From Candidatus Hydrogenedentota bacterium (GTDB taxonomy: Bacteria; Hydrogenedentota; Hydrogenedentia; Hydrogenedentales; SLHB01): DNA of 64,000 nucleotides. Every line of letters starts with the position of its first letter. The stretch's first letter is position 1. Shown piece after piece: positions 12,782-22,745 of the stretch. The notes under the pieces were generated by a model. The model was not told the DNA's origin, made no database searches, and saw only the letters and a list, made by a program, of their open reading frames with translations. A program made the position numbers and the translations under genes. The stretch spans positions 6,611-70,610 of the forward strand of contig BTUX01000001.1 of the NCBI GenBank assembly GCA_045863315.1. The letters are read 5' to 3'.

Positions 12782-13780
12782 ATGACACCTGAACAACAGA
12801 ACAACGGACTCCTCGTCGTCCGCGACCTCGTCAAATTCTTTCCCGTCCGGAAAGGCGTGTTCTCACGCGTTGTGGGGCACGTGCGCGCGGTCGACCGCGT
12901 CAGTTTTTCCATCAAACGCGGCGAGACGCTGAGCCTCGTCGGCGAGAGCGGTAGCGGCAAAACCACCTGCGGCCGCGCCATTCTCCGGCTTGTCGAGCCG
13001 ACTTCCGGCAGCGTGACCTTCGACGGCATCGAGGTCACGACGCTGGGCAAGCGGGAACTCCGCGGCCTTCGCAAACGCATGCAGATTATCTTTCAGGACC
13101 CCTTCGGCTCGCTGAACCCCCGCATGACGGTCTATTCGATGCTCAGCGAGATCCTGCGCACCCACCGGCTCGTGCCCCGCGCCAAACGCCGCGACCGCGT
13201 CGCCGAACTGCTCGACCTCGTCGGCCTATCGCCCGAAGCCGCGGACCGCTACCCCCACGAATTCAGCGGCGGCCAGCGCCAGCGCATCGGCATCGCACGC
13301 GCGCTTGCCGTCGAACCCGACCTCATCGTCGCCGACGAACCCGTCTCCGCCCTTGACGTGTCCATCCAGGCCCAAATCCTGAACCTCATGAAAGACCTCC
13401 AAGACAAACTCGGCCTCACGTACCTATTCATCGGCCACGATCTCAGCGTGATCAAACACATCTCGGATTCCGTCGCCGTCATGTACCTCGGGCGTGTCGT
13501 CGAATACGGAACCGTGCATGACATCTTCGAGCGCCCCGTTCACCCCTACACGAAGGCGCTGCTCGCGGCAGCGCCCGTGGCCGATCCCGACGCCAAACAG
13601 ATGCGCAAACCGCTCGGCGGCGACGTGCCCAGTCCCATCCATCCGCCGTCCGGTTGCCACTTCCACCCGCGCTGCCCCGACGCCGAACCCACCTGCCGCG
13701 AACAAGAGCAGGCCCTGACGGCCTGCGGCCCCCGCCACGCCGCGGCATGTCACATCCACGCGCCGGCAGACCCCTACTAA
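12782..13780 (+). CDS. ABC transporter ATP-binding protein (DppF/OppF-like)
   Basis: Walker [10 protein letters not shown], signature FSGGQRQR, Walker [13 protein letters not shown]. Start placed at ATG 12782 (MTPEQQ...) within a longer upstream open frame. Confidence 0.8.
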   Translation: MTPEQQNNGLLVVRDLVKFFPVRKGVFSRVVGHVRAVDRVSFSIKRGETLSLVGESGSGKTTCGRAILRLVEPTSGSVTFDGIEVTTLGKRELRGLRKRMQIIFQDPFGSLNPRMTVYSMLSEILRTHRLVPRAKRRDRVAELLDLVGLSPEAADRYPHEFSGGQRQRIGIARALAVEPDLIVADEPVSALDVSIQAQILNLMKDLQDKLGLTYLFIGHDLSVIKHISDSVAVMYLGRVVEYGTVHDIFERPVHPYTKALLAAAPVADPDAKQMRKPLGGDVPSPIHPPSGCHFHPRCPDAEPTCREQEQALTACGPRHAAACHIHAPADPY

Positions 13781-13910
13781 GAACTTCTAACGAAAAAAAT
13801 GAAATACACCAATCCGACTTCGTGGTGCAGGCATCCATGCCTGCATACTCGGCTTGCGGGAGGCAGCCAGGATGGCCGCACCACAATCACTCACATGCTT
13901 TCTCCAGAGC

Positions 13911-13964
13911 ATTTCTCACCAGTCGCCCCCGTCAACGGGGACGACTGGTGAGAAATCCGGGCTA
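13911..13964. repeat. Short copy of palindromic repeat element (21-bp stem hairpin ATTTCTCACCAGTCGCCCCCG/loop/complement, followed by CCGGGCTA)
   Basis: Near-perfect inverted repeat with a 4-nt loop. The same hairpin core recurs at 32647 and 47814. It sits between convergent gene ends. Confidence 0.7.
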
Positions 13965-14054
13965 TACATTTCGGTATGACCTGTCTCGCGGCCTTGACAA
14001 TGTGGCGGATTGTGTCGAAGCTTGTGGCGGTACCTGGTACGTTAGGCGAGTCGA

Positions 14055-15014
14055 TCAAATGGACAGGTGCGATGATGCATCAACCCGGCGCTTGTACCAC
14101 TCGATGGTCCGTCGCAACCCTTCTTCGACCGCGACAAGGGGCACATAACCGAAAGCGCGTTTCGCCGCGGTCAGGTCCGCCAGGGACCGGGCGATATCAC
14201 CTGGCCGGGGCGGCAGAAATTTAGGTTCGATGCCGGCGCCCAGGAGGGAACTGATCAAGCCGGCCAGGTCGCGTACCGACGTGCTTTCGCCGCACGCGAT
14301 GTTATAGACGCCGGACACCGTCCCTCGTACATCGGCCGCGCGTAGGTTGGCATCCACGACATTGTCCACGAACGTAAAATCGCGCGACTGTAAGCCGTCT
14401 CCGTAAATCACCGGTTGTTCGCCCGACAACATCTTCGAAATGAATAACGGAATGACAGCCGCATACTGCGACTTGAGGTTCTGGCGCGGTCCGAATACAT
14501 TGAAGTATCGAAGGCCAACGATTTCCATCTGATAGAGGCGCGTAAGCACGCGCGCATAGTGGTCGACCGCCGCCTTTGTAATTCCGTACGGGGAGATCGG
14601 GGCCAGCGGACTGCTCTCCGGGGTCGGAATGGGCGCGGAATCCCCGTAGACCGAAGACGACGAGGCGTATACGATTCGCTTCACGCCGGCCGCGCGGCAC
14701 GCCAGAAACACGTTTAGACTACCTTCGACATTGACGCGGTTCGTCGGCCACGGATCGTCCACCGAGCGCGGCACCGAGGTGATCGCGGCAAGATGAAAGC
14801 AAACGTCGATTCCTTGAGTCAGCCGGTTGAGAAGGTGGCGGTCACAGATGCTCCCTTCGACTAGATGAATCTCATCCAGCACACCTTGCAGATTGATTAG
14901 ATTTCCCGAAGAGAAGTCATCGAGGACCAGCACATCATCCCCTCGAATGACCAGCGAATGGGTTAGATTACTGCCTATGAACCCGGCCCCGCCGGTGACA
15001 AGGTATCGTGCCAT
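14055..15014 (-). CDS. NAD-dependent epimerase/dehydratase (UDP-sugar 4-epimerase-like, extended SDR)
   Basis: TGGAGFIGS Rossmann motif, YxxxK-type catalytic region (YGITKAA), 319 aa. Confidence 0.8.
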   Translation of the reverse strand: MARYLVTGGAGFIGSNLTHSLVIRGDDVLVLDDFSSGNLINLQGVLDEIHLVEGSICDRHLLNRLTQGIDVCFHLAAITSVPRSVDDPWPTNRVNVEGSLNVFLACRAAGVKRIVYASSSSVYGDSAPIPTPESSPLAPISPYGITKAAVDHYARVLTRLYQMEIVGLRYFNVFGPRQNLKSQYAAVIPLFISKMLSGEQPVIYGDGLQSRDFTFVDNVVDANLRAADVRGTVSGVYNIACGESTSVRDLAGLISSLLGAGIEPKFLPPRPGDIARSLADLTAAKRAFGYVPLVAVEEGLRRTIEWYKRRVDASSHLSI

Positions 15015-15454
15015 GAAATATTCCCCGGCGGATTATATGGAAGGTACCGACAACAGACAATGCGCTCAGCCAGCCGAAATATAGGGAACTCGAATTTTGG
15101 AGATATTCACAACTTATCCACAGCTTCGCCCTATTTACCTGACTGCTTTCAATTATGGCTAGAAAAATCGATAAAAATTGAACGGCGACAAACTTCAACA
15201 ACATAACCTATTTACGGATAGATATTTATCCAAAATCGAATACGCTGTAAAAAAGTCCACGCCTACGGATTGCTGGCAAGGGTAGAGGTAATGATAAGCG
15301 ATCGGGTCAATAATGAAGTGAAGTTATCCACAGAGCACTGCAACTAGCCGAAAGAAACGGCACACAATATATTGGGGTCAGTGGAGTCTGGCAATCGTCT
15401 GAAAAATTAGGCATCATCCCATCTATTTGCCCGCATTGAGTCCGGACTGACGCC
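15015..15454. other. AT-rich intergenic segment with DnaA-box cluster (putative oriC part 1)
   Basis: Perfect TTATCCACA at 15114-15122 and 15324-15332. Near boxes ATATTCACA at 15103-15111 and TTATCCAAA at 15226-15234. GC is far below the window average. Confidence 0.5.
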
Positions 15455-16564
15455 CTAGATTCGGATCGGCATAATGACGTTCATATACTGGTGGGACGAC
15501 TTCCCTTCGTAGGGCTTAATGAGGCCCGGACTTGATCCGTCCTTGAGAATGAAACAGAGCTTCTCCGTCTCGATTCGTCGAATTACCTCCAAAATAAAGT
15601 CAGGATTGAACGCGACGTCGATACTTCCCCCCTCGAACTCGACCTGCATTTCCTCTTCGTACTCGCCAACCTCCGGGGTAACGACGTGTAACTTAAGAGA
15701 GGAACCGTTAACCGTAAACCGGACGGAGTTGAATTTGTCGTTGGTCATGGTGCGTGTCCGGCGCACCGCTTCAAGAAAAGCCGCTGTTTCGATGACCGCC
15801 TCTTTATCATGCTTCTTGGGAATAACCATATCGTAATTCGGAAAGTTTCCTTCGATAAGAGCCGTCACCAGCCGCACTGAACCGAACTGGAATGCCGCTT
15901 GAGTCTCATCGAGGTATACCTGTACCTCCCCTTCCTCACCCAATAGCCGTTCAAGTTCATTGATCATCTTTCCCGGAATAATCACCTTAATGTTAAGGTC
16001 CTTGGGTATACCCTCCCGTTCACTGAACAGGCTCATGCGGCGCCCGTCCGTAGCGACAGTCGTCAGCTTCCCATCAACAAGCTCACACAGCAACCCGGTC
16101 AGGTTGTAACGCGCCTGGTCTGTACAGATGGCGAAGCTCGTCTTTTGAAACATCCTCTTCAGCAACCGCTGCCCAAGTAAAATAGGTTCAATGCCTTCAC
16201 ACGACCGCACCGGCGGAAACTCCTCGGCGGACATACTGAAGAGCTTCGTGTGAATCTTCCCTGCCGCTTCAATATTGATGACATTGTTGCCTGACAAATC
16301 CAACGTAACCTCACACTCAGGCAACTCCGAAAGAATAGATGACAATCGTTGAGATGAAACGGTAAGGGAACCTTCCTCATCAACGGTACAATCAGCATTG
16401 CACTCGATACTGACCTTCAGGTCGGTAGCGGTCAGTTTCACGGTGCTGTCCTTTGCCTCCATCAGGATATGAGACAGAATCGGCAATGCGGACTTGGGTG
16501 AGACAACCGTCTTTACCTTGTTCACCGCATCGAGAAGGTCTTGACGGGAAATACGGATTTTCAT
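15455..16564 (-). CDS. dnaN: DNA polymerase III beta subunit (sliding clamp)
   Basis: 369 aa, three-domain clamp. N-terminal MKIRISRQDLLDAVNKV is typical of DnaN. GC is about 51%, lower than neighbouring genes. Confidence 0.9.
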   Translation of the reverse strand: MKIRISRQDLLDAVNKVKTVVSPKSALPILSHILMEAKDSTVKLTATDLKVSIECNADCTVDEEGSLTVSSQRLSSILSELPECEVTLDLSGNNVINIEAAGKIHTKLFSMSAEEFPPVRSCEGIEPILLGQRLLKRMFQKTSFAICTDQARYNLTGLLCELVDGKLTTVATDGRRMSLFSEREGIPKDLNIKVIIPGKMINELERLLGEEGEVQVYLDETQAAFQFGSVRLVTALIEGNFPNYDMVIPKKHDKEAVIETAAFLEAVRRTRTMTNDKFNSVRFTVNGSSLKLHVVTPEVGEYEEEMQVEFEGGSIDVAFNPDFILEVIRRIETEKLCFILKDGSSPGLIKPYEGKSSHQYMNVIMPIRI

Positions 16565-17406
16565 TCGTTAGCTCTCCACCGCCGTAAAATGAATGCAAGT
16601 TATGCTTTATTGCGTAGGTGACTTTTGTATATAAAATAAGTAGTCGTAGTAGTCCTTATCTTGAAACTGTGAATAAGTCTCTAAGTGAAGTAAAAGCGCG
16701 GAGTTCCGTGTTGGATAGGTCTTGAGTACGTTGGTGTGCTTATTCACAGTGTTGTGGAAAGGCTTTGTTTTTCTGGATTCACCGTATGAAATCTGCGTTC
16801 TCCGCTGTGGAAAACAGCCGATCTGTCCACTGCCCGCTAACAGCCAATACACCGCACTATCCCCAAATACTTAACAAGCCCTAGAAACTTTACTTATCCA
16901 CCGTTTCAATCGATACAGTTCTAACGCTCCTATTTTCTAGTATGGGATTTTCGATATTTCAATTCCGTCATGCAAACTACTACTCGGAACAATATATAAT
17001 CTCTCTAGTGAAATATATATAAGGTATTTAAATAAAAGACTTTACAAATCCATTAACTAAATCGCCTAATAATTACGAACGCCGGTCCGAAGTCGTAAAA
17101 TCAAGAAAAACAACTGTCTCTATGTGGTGCCTTATTACGACAAACACCTAGAGTTATCAACACGTTATCCACTCCTGAATCAAGTACAGCGAAGGTTCGG
17201 CGCGAAGGTCGGCGACAGGCAACTGCACCGCTATAAACCCTGTAAATCAAAGGCTATACTTGGACTTGTAATCGTATATTACCGGAACCCCGCATGTCAT
17301 GCTAACAGACGGTTCCACGTAATTGCAAGAGACCCTGACCGGATTCATCAAAAATTCATAACGTATTATTATATATATACTTATGTGTTAAGTGAAAGCC
17401 TAAGTA
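16565..17406. other. AT-rich intergenic segment with DnaA-box-like 9-mers and AT tracts (putative oriC part 2)
   Basis: 9-mers with 0-1 mismatch to TTATCCACA: 16668-16676 (reverse strand), 16740-16748, 16806-16814 (reverse strand), 16894-16902, 17154-17162, 17165-17173. AT-rich tracts near 16990-17040 and 17355-17395 are candidate unwinding elements. Confidence 0.5.
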
Positions 17407-19380
17407 TTAGGTTCGGATAACGCGCAGAAACTCTTCCGGCGCCACAATTCCTTGTTTTACCTTGTGCCGGCATTTTTCCGCCATCGTCTTGAGCTTGGCG
17501 GCCTTTGAAATCTTTTCCACCGACTCATCTTCCGAGATGAGACGGCGCAGCTCTTGGGTGATTTCCATAATTTCAAAGATACCGGTACGCCCCTTGTACC
17601 CGGTATGGTAGCAGTTGTCGCACCCCTTGCCGCGGTAGAGTTTTTTTGTGGTTTCCGGCAGATGCAATGATTTCAGTAACGGCTTGGTCGGGGTGAAGCC
17701 TTCCTTGCATTCCGGACATATCTTCCGAACCAGCCGCTGGGCCACCACGGCCGTCAGGGCCGTGGCGATAAGGTAGGAGGGCACCTGCATGTTCCGAAGG
17801 GTGGATATGGCTTCCGGGGCATCATTGGTGTGCAGCGTACTGAAGACCAAATGGCCGGTCATGGCCGCACGAATGGCGATCCGCGCCGTTTCGGAGTCCC
17901 GAATTTCGCCGACCAGCAGCACATCGATATCTTGTCTCAGGGCCGCCCGCAAGGTGTTCGCAAACGTAACATCGATGTCCGTGTCGATCTGTACTTGGTT
18001 AATCCCCGACATCTGGTATTCGACCGGGTCTTCCAGTGTCACAATGCTGTCGGTGAGAACATTTTTCTGGTTCAACGCCGCATAGAGCGTGGTGGTCTTT
18101 CCGCTGCCGGTCGGCCCGGTGACCAGTATCATGCCATACGGTTGCCCGATGACCCGCCGCATGGTGGCCTCATCTTCCGGTTCCAGACCGAGATCCTTAA
18201 TTCCCGCGAGCACCGAAGTCTGGTCTAGCAGTCGCAACACGACGCGTTCCCCGAGGTAGGTTGGGAGCGTCGCAACGCGAACGTCGAACTCTCGGTCTTT
18301 TGATTCAATCCGGATATGGCCGTCCTGCGGCCGCCGCACTTCCGTGATGTCAAGGTCTGCCATAATTTTGATGCGAGAGATCACCGCCGACTCGATGTCG
18401 GGCGAGATACTCATCACGTCGTGCAGGATGCCGTCAATCCGATATCGCACGCGCATTTCTGGTTCCTGCGGATCCATATGGATGTCCGTCGCCCCGGAAT
18501 TGATCGCGCCCTCGATTATCGTCGATACCAGCTTGATGACCGGCGCGCCCTCCGCCTCCTTCGCGATCTCGTCAAAACGTCGTTTGTCCTTGGTTTGCGC
18601 CGCCGTGCTCACGATGGTTTCCACCTCCTTGGGTTCGGGTTTCCGGGTCTTCGTCTTCTGCGGTACAGCCTTTTTTTCCTGCGCCGGTTTGGCTTCCACG
18701 TGCGCCACGTGGTCCCCGGCGGGTTCCTTCCTATGCATGGAAAGCAGACCTCCGCGCTTGACCCCTTTGTATCGCGCGCGAATTTCACTCTTGAAGTCAT
18801 CGCTGTTGGTCAACACCGGGTGAAACCGTTTACCTAGGATTACGCCGAGATTGCCCAGGTCTTCCCGCACCTGCGGCTTCGCGATCAGGCAGGTGATCCG
18901 GTCCCCTTCGATGTGCACCGGCAGCACTTGGTACTTTACCGCGAAGCTCTCCGGCACCGCGTCAAGCGCCGCCTGATCGCTCTGCGTTTCCTCCAACTCG
19001 GAAAACTCGAGCCCGTGCTGCTTCGCCAACGCGACCGAGATCGTCCGGTTCGTTACCAGTCCGCGATCGAGGAGAATCTTGCCCAGCAGCCTGCCGGTGC
19101 GTCCCTGTTCCTCCAGCGCGTCTTTAAGCTGCTCTTCGGTAATGGCATGGAGCTGGACCAGGGTTCGACCCAGCGTTTCCTGTTCGTGTTTGACGGCCCT
19201 CGGATGGTACTCGTAGCGAAGCTGGTCGAACGTGATTTTCCCCAATTGGAGCAGCGATCGGTAGAAGGGAACGCCCGATGTCTGTTCCCGCTTACGCGCG
19301 CTGTCCAACTCCTCGCGCGTGATCACGTCATCCTTGACGAGGTCGTCCCCGAGCCCTGCCCGGCGTTGCTCTTCGGCCAT
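17407..19380 (-). CDS. GspE/PilB family secretion ATPase (type II secretion / type IV pilus assembly)
   Basis: Two N-terminal GSPII_E_N-like domains, Walker A GPTGSGKTT, Asp box, Walker B, His box, and a C-terminal CxxC...CxxC zinc motif. Start set at ATG 19380 (MAEEQRR), preceded by GGAAGGGGA; an in-frame alternative lies at 19446. Confidence 0.8.
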   Translation of the reverse strand: MAEEQRRAGLGDDLVKDDVITREELDSARKREQTSGVPFYRSLLQLGKITFDQLRYEYHPRAVKHEQETLGRTLVQLHAITEEQLKDALEEQGRTGRLLGKILLDRGLVTNRTISVALAKQHGLEFSELEETQSDQAALDAVPESFAVKYQVLPVHIEGDRITCLIAKPQVREDLGNLGVILGKRFHPVLTNSDDFKSEIRARYKGVKRGGLLSMHRKEPAGDHVAHVEAKPAQEKKAVPQKTKTRKPEPKEVETIVSTAAQTKDKRRFDEIAKEAEGAPVIKLVSTIIEGAINSGATDIHMDPQEPEMRVRYRIDGILHDVMSISPDIESAVISRIKIMADLDITEVRRPQDGHIRIESKDREFDVRVATLPTYLGERVVLRLLDQTSVLAGIKDLGLEPEDEATMRRVIGQPYGMILVTGPTGSGKTTTLYAALNQKNVLTDSIVTLEDPVEYQMSGINQVQIDTDIDVTFANTLRAALRQDIDVLLVGEIRDSETARIAIRAAMTGHLVFSTLHTNDAPEAISTLRNMQVPSYLIATALTAVVAQRLVRKICPECKEGFTPTKPLLKSLHLPETTKKLYRGKGCDNCYHTGYKGRTGIFEIMEITQELRRLISEDESVEKISKAAKLKTMAEKCRHKVKQGIVAPEEFLRVIRT

Positions 19381-19708
19381 GCGTGGGTCCCCTTCCTGGA
19401 TCGATAACGCCACCCAAACACTGCACCGTTTGGAACCGGGCCTCATTATATGAATCGTCGGCGCACCGGTAAAGCACGATCTTTACGACGCAAGGCGCCC
19501 CAATTTGGAGTGCGGGCGTACAGGGCAGTGCGAACGGAGTCGTCTGGTTCCGAGTGCGTGCCGCGCTCGGCGAGCGTACGGATGAGGAATGTTGGGTGTT
19601 TCTCAGCAGACTGTGATGGTTTACCACCGGCGAGTGAAAGGGGTGAGAAATGCGGGCTAACGGTTCGCCGTTTTATTCACTTAACGCACCCTGAAACTCG
19701 GGCGAGGT

Positions 19709-19738
19709 TTGACTCAAAGGGGCCGGAAGTCTTATACT
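19709..19738 (+). promoter_or_regulatory. Candidate sigma70-like promoter (TTGACT-N18-TATACT) upstream of rpmH
   Basis: Hexamers read directly from the sequence; about 160 nt upstream of the rpmH start. Promoter consensus for this lineage is unknown. Confidence 0.25.
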
Positions 19739-19900
19739 GGCGGTTTATTAGGCGTTAGGATTGCGTTTTGCCGGCAAAAACCAGCCCCGGACGGTTCCCA
19801 TGCGGCGGGATCACGGTAAGCTGTTTGACTCATCGCAGTTGGAAAGGGCGTTCGCGCTTTATCGGTTGAGGCGTAGGGGACGCGCACGAAGGAGATTGAG

Positions 19901-20035
19901 GTGAAAAGGACGTATCAACCATCAGTCCTGAAGCGGAAGCGAAACCACGGGTTTCTGAAGCGGATGGAAACCGCGGCCGGCCGGGAAGTGATCCGCCGCC
20001 GCAGGGCGAAAGGCCGCAAGCGTCTTTCCGCGTAG
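19901..20035 (+). CDS. rpmH: 50S ribosomal protein L34
   Basis: 44-aa [47 protein letters not shown] matches the L34 consensus. GTG start with AAGGAG at 19889-19894. Below the 60-aa track cutoff. Confidence 0.85.
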   Translation: MKRTYQPSVLKRKRNHGFLKRMETAAGREVIRRRRAKGRKRLSA

Positions 20036-20062
20036 AAAGAGTGAGTAGGACGTGAAAGTGTT

Positions 20063-20419
20063 GTGCCGGGGCCATGCGCATATCCCAGGTTCGAACGCAT
20101 CACCCGCAAGCGCGACTATCTCGAGGTCTTTGAACAGGGCCAGAAGCGGGTCGGCAGGGCGTTCATTTGTTACGTGGTCCGGCGGGAAGGTCAGGGACGC
20201 AGGTTTGGATTAGCTGTATCGCGCAAGGTTGGCAGCGCCGTCGTTCGCAACCGGGTCAAACGTTATTTGAAAGAGATATACCGCGCGAACCGGTTGCGTC
20301 TCGCGGATGACGCTCGAATCGTCATCGTCGCCCGGCCCGCCGCGGCCAACCTCGATTACCGGCAGTGCGTGAACGCGGTACAGCGGCTCCTCGATGAAGG
20401 AGATGTGCTCCGTGGGTAG
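20063..20419 (+). CDS. rnpA: Ribonuclease P protein component
   Basis: 118 aa, basic, with RNR-like motif region (GLAVSRKVGSAVVRNRVKR). Immediately follows rpmH, as in the canonical arrangement. Confidence 0.85.
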   Translation: MPGPCAYPRFERITRKRDYLEVFEQGQKRVGRAFICYVVRREGQGRRFGLAVSRKVGSAVVRNRVKRYLKEIYRANRLRLADDARIVIVARPAAANLDYRQCVNAVQRLLDEGDVLRG

Positions 20420-20621
20420 TGTTCTGGTTGCGTTCATTCGCGTTTACCAGATCGTGTTGTCTCCTCTGCTCGGGCGGAATTGCCGTTTCCACCCGAGTTG
20501 CTCCCACTATGCCATCGGGGCCATTCAGAAGCATGGCGTATTGCGCGGTATGGTCTATACCGTGCGGCGCATTGCGCGGTGCCATCCGTTCAACGCGGGC
20601 GGCTACGATCCCGTTCCCTAG
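20394..20621 (+). CDS. yidD: Membrane protein insertion efficiency factor YidD
   Basis: 75 aa with YQ..LSPLLG..CRFHPSCSHYA motif characteristic of YidD. Overlaps the rnpA 3' end; alternative starts at ATG 20403 and GTG 20412. Confidence 0.8.
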   Translation: MKEMCSVGSVLVAFIRVYQIVLSPLLGRNCRFHPSCSHYAIGAIQKHGVLRGMVYTVRRIARCHPFNAGGYDPVP

Positions 20622-20743
20622 AACCCGCTCTCCGGCACAGCAGACGCAGCGGCCGAAATGACCAGCCCCACGGCGGAACAGCAACCGCCGGACGGGGCGC
20701 GCGCGGCCCGAACGAACTATCGGGCTCCGAGCAGGAGAGCACG

Positions 20744-22621
20744 GTGTTAGACGACGAACAGGAAAAGCAGCAGGCGCGCAATCAGCTCATTGCGTTCGTG
20801 CTGATGTCGGTTCTCTTGATTGCCTGGCTGCAGTTTCTTCCCAAGCCGCAGCCCGCGCAGCAGCCCCAACCCCTTGTCGGCGAACAGCGGGTGGAAGCCC
20901 CCGTTTCTCCGGTGGACCTCAACGTGGCGGCCGCGCCGGAGGCGGGCGCGGAACCGTCGGGCTGGCCGTATCTTCCGCCCGTTCCTGAGCAGGACAATCC
21001 GGAAGCCGACGAGGTCGTTTTGCGCGATGCGGAAATGGAACTCCTGTTTACGCGCATCGGCGGCAGACTCAAGCGCGCGACGCTCGCGGTCGGCGAACAC
21101 GGCAACGACCGGATTCAGTTGGTTCCCGAGTCGCCCGACTCCCCGGACGTGGAGGCCGTTTACCCCTTTGGCCTGCGGTTCACCAACGAAGCGATTCGAG
21201 ACGAACTCGATCGCCGACGCTTCGACGTGGTCCGCCAGTCTGACCGCGAGGTCGTATTCCGCCTGACCCTGCCCGGCGCGGCGGTAATCACGAAGACCTT
21301 TCAATTGACGGATTCCGCGCACGTGCTGCGCGCCCTCGTCGAGTACAAGAGCCTCGAGGACGCGCCCCGCATCCTGGGTCGTGATCAGGACCCCGCGTAT
21401 ATCCTGAACTGGGGACCCAACGTCGCGTCGCAGGATTTTCAGAAGGGGGTTCGGCAGGCCTTGATCTGGCGGGTGGATGGGAAGAACACCACGCTGGAAA
21501 CCGCGAAAATGGCCGCGGACGAAAACGGCGAGGTGTTCACCCGGCGCATTGTCGGCCCGACATGGATGGGCGTGCGCAGCGCCTATTTCCTCGTGGCGAT
21601 GCGGCCTGAATTCGATGGAGGCGTGGGCTGGGCCCTTGGCGATCCGCACCGGTTCCGGTTCGGCGTGGCGGCACCACGGACCGAAGTGCCCGCGCAAGGT
21701 TCCATCGAGCACTCCTACGAGATTTACCTCGGTCCGATGCAACTGAAGGAACTCAAGGCGGCGTGGCCGACGCTCGATACTTCGCTGCGCTTCTTCTCGT
21801 ATCCCGACTTGATGGACTGGTTCGCGAAGATGCTGCTGCAACTGCTGAACTGGTTCTACGGGATCGTTCCGAATTACGGCGTGGCCATTATTCTGCTCAC
21901 CATTGTCGTCCGCACCGTCATGTTCCCTTTGACCATCAAACAGATTCGAAGCATGAAACGGATGACGCTGCTTGCGCCGGAAATGGAGAAGATCAAGCAG
22001 CAATACGGGGAAGACCCGCAGGAATTCCAGCGCCGGATGATGGAGCTGTACAAAGAACACGGAGTCAATCCCGTCAGCGGATGCCTTCCGCTGTTCCTTC
22101 AGATGCCGGTGTTCATCGCGTTGTACCGCATGTTGTGGAGCGCGTATGAGCTGCGCGGCGCGCCGTTTGCCTTGTGGATCAAGGACTTGTCCGAGCCGGA
22201 CAAGCTGCTGCACATTCCCCCGCTGCACGTGGTGCCCATCTTCGGGCCGTACATTCAATACATCAACGTGTTGCCGTTTCTGGGGGCGCTCGCGATGATC
22301 CTCAGTGTCAAGCTGACCCCGATGCAGAACCCGATCCAGAATCCCCAGCAGAAGATGATGATGACGCTCATGCCGATCGTATTCAGCGTCTTCTGTTATC
22401 CATTGGCGTCGGGACTGAACCTGTACATTCTGGTCAGCACGCTGTTGGGTATCGCGCAAAACTACCTGATTCACGTGAGCGAGGTGGACAAACCCGCCAA
22501 GGTGAAGCCCAGGAAAAGGCAGCACTTTTATACCGCGGCGCTACAGAAGCGCCGCCAAATGGAGCGAGAAGCGCGCGAACGAAAGAAACGCAAGAAGAAA
22601 GTCGACGGCGACGAGGCGTAA
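20744..22621 (+). CDS. yidC: Membrane protein insertase YidC
   Basis: N-terminal TM segment, large periplasmic domain and a conserved C-terminal 5-TM core (..VMFPLTIKQ...MKRM..LAPEM...). Start placed at GTG 20744 after AGGAGA; the track ORF from 20480 would overlap yidD. Confidence 0.8.
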   Translation: MLDDEQEKQQARNQLIAFVLMSVLLIAWLQFLPKPQPAQQPQPLVGEQRVEAPVSPVDLNVAAAPEAGAEPSGWPYLPPVPEQDNPEADEVVLRDAEMELLFTRIGGRLKRATLAVGEHGNDRIQLVPESPDSPDVEAVYPFGLRFTNEAIRDELDRRRFDVVRQSDREVVFRLTLPGAAVITKTFQLTDSAHVLRALVEYKSLEDAPRILGRDQDPAYILNWGPNVASQDFQKGVRQALIWRVDGKNTTLETAKMAADENGEVFTRRIVGPTWMGVRSAYFLVAMRPEFDGGVGWALGDPHRFRFGVAAPRTEVPAQGSIEHSYEIYLGPMQLKELKAAWPTLDTSLRFFSYPDLMDWFAKMLLQLLNWFYGIVPNYGVAIILLTIVVRTVMFPLTIKQIRSMKRMTLLAPEMEKIKQQYGEDPQEFQRRMMELYKEHGVNPVSGCLPLFLQMPVFIALYRMLWSAYELRGAPFALWIKDLSEPDKLLHIPPLHVVPIFGPYIQYINVLPFLGALAMILSVKLTPMQNPIQNPQQKMMMTLMPIVFSVFCYPLASGLNLYILVSTLLGIAQNYLIHVSEVDKPAKVKPRKRQHFYTAALQKRRQMEREARERKKRKKKVDGDEA

Positions 22622-22745
22622 ATCGGGAAGAACGCGGTCCAGTCCGTCTTCAGGACCCGTCTTCGGCACGAGGCCGGCCTTGGGGGTGTGGCGTATGCGC
22701 CGGCGTTTGCGCTGCGTTGCGCAAAGAACAAAGGGAGACCCATAG

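Noticed and set aside
20480-20743. Upstream 88-codon extension of the yidC frame overlapping yidD
   Set aside because: It would overlap yidD almost entirely. GTG 20744 with an AGGAGA RBS gives a canonical YidC N-terminus.
20747-22525. 592-aa minus-strand ORF antisense to yidC; similar long antisense ORFs at 23851-25395 (mnmE), 29307-30092 (polX), 42584-44074, 46751-47815, 55815-57071, 57151-58704 and 59300-60589
   Set aside because: All lie opposite confidently identified genes and have R/H/G/P-rich low-complexity translations. They are open by chance in GC-rich sequence.
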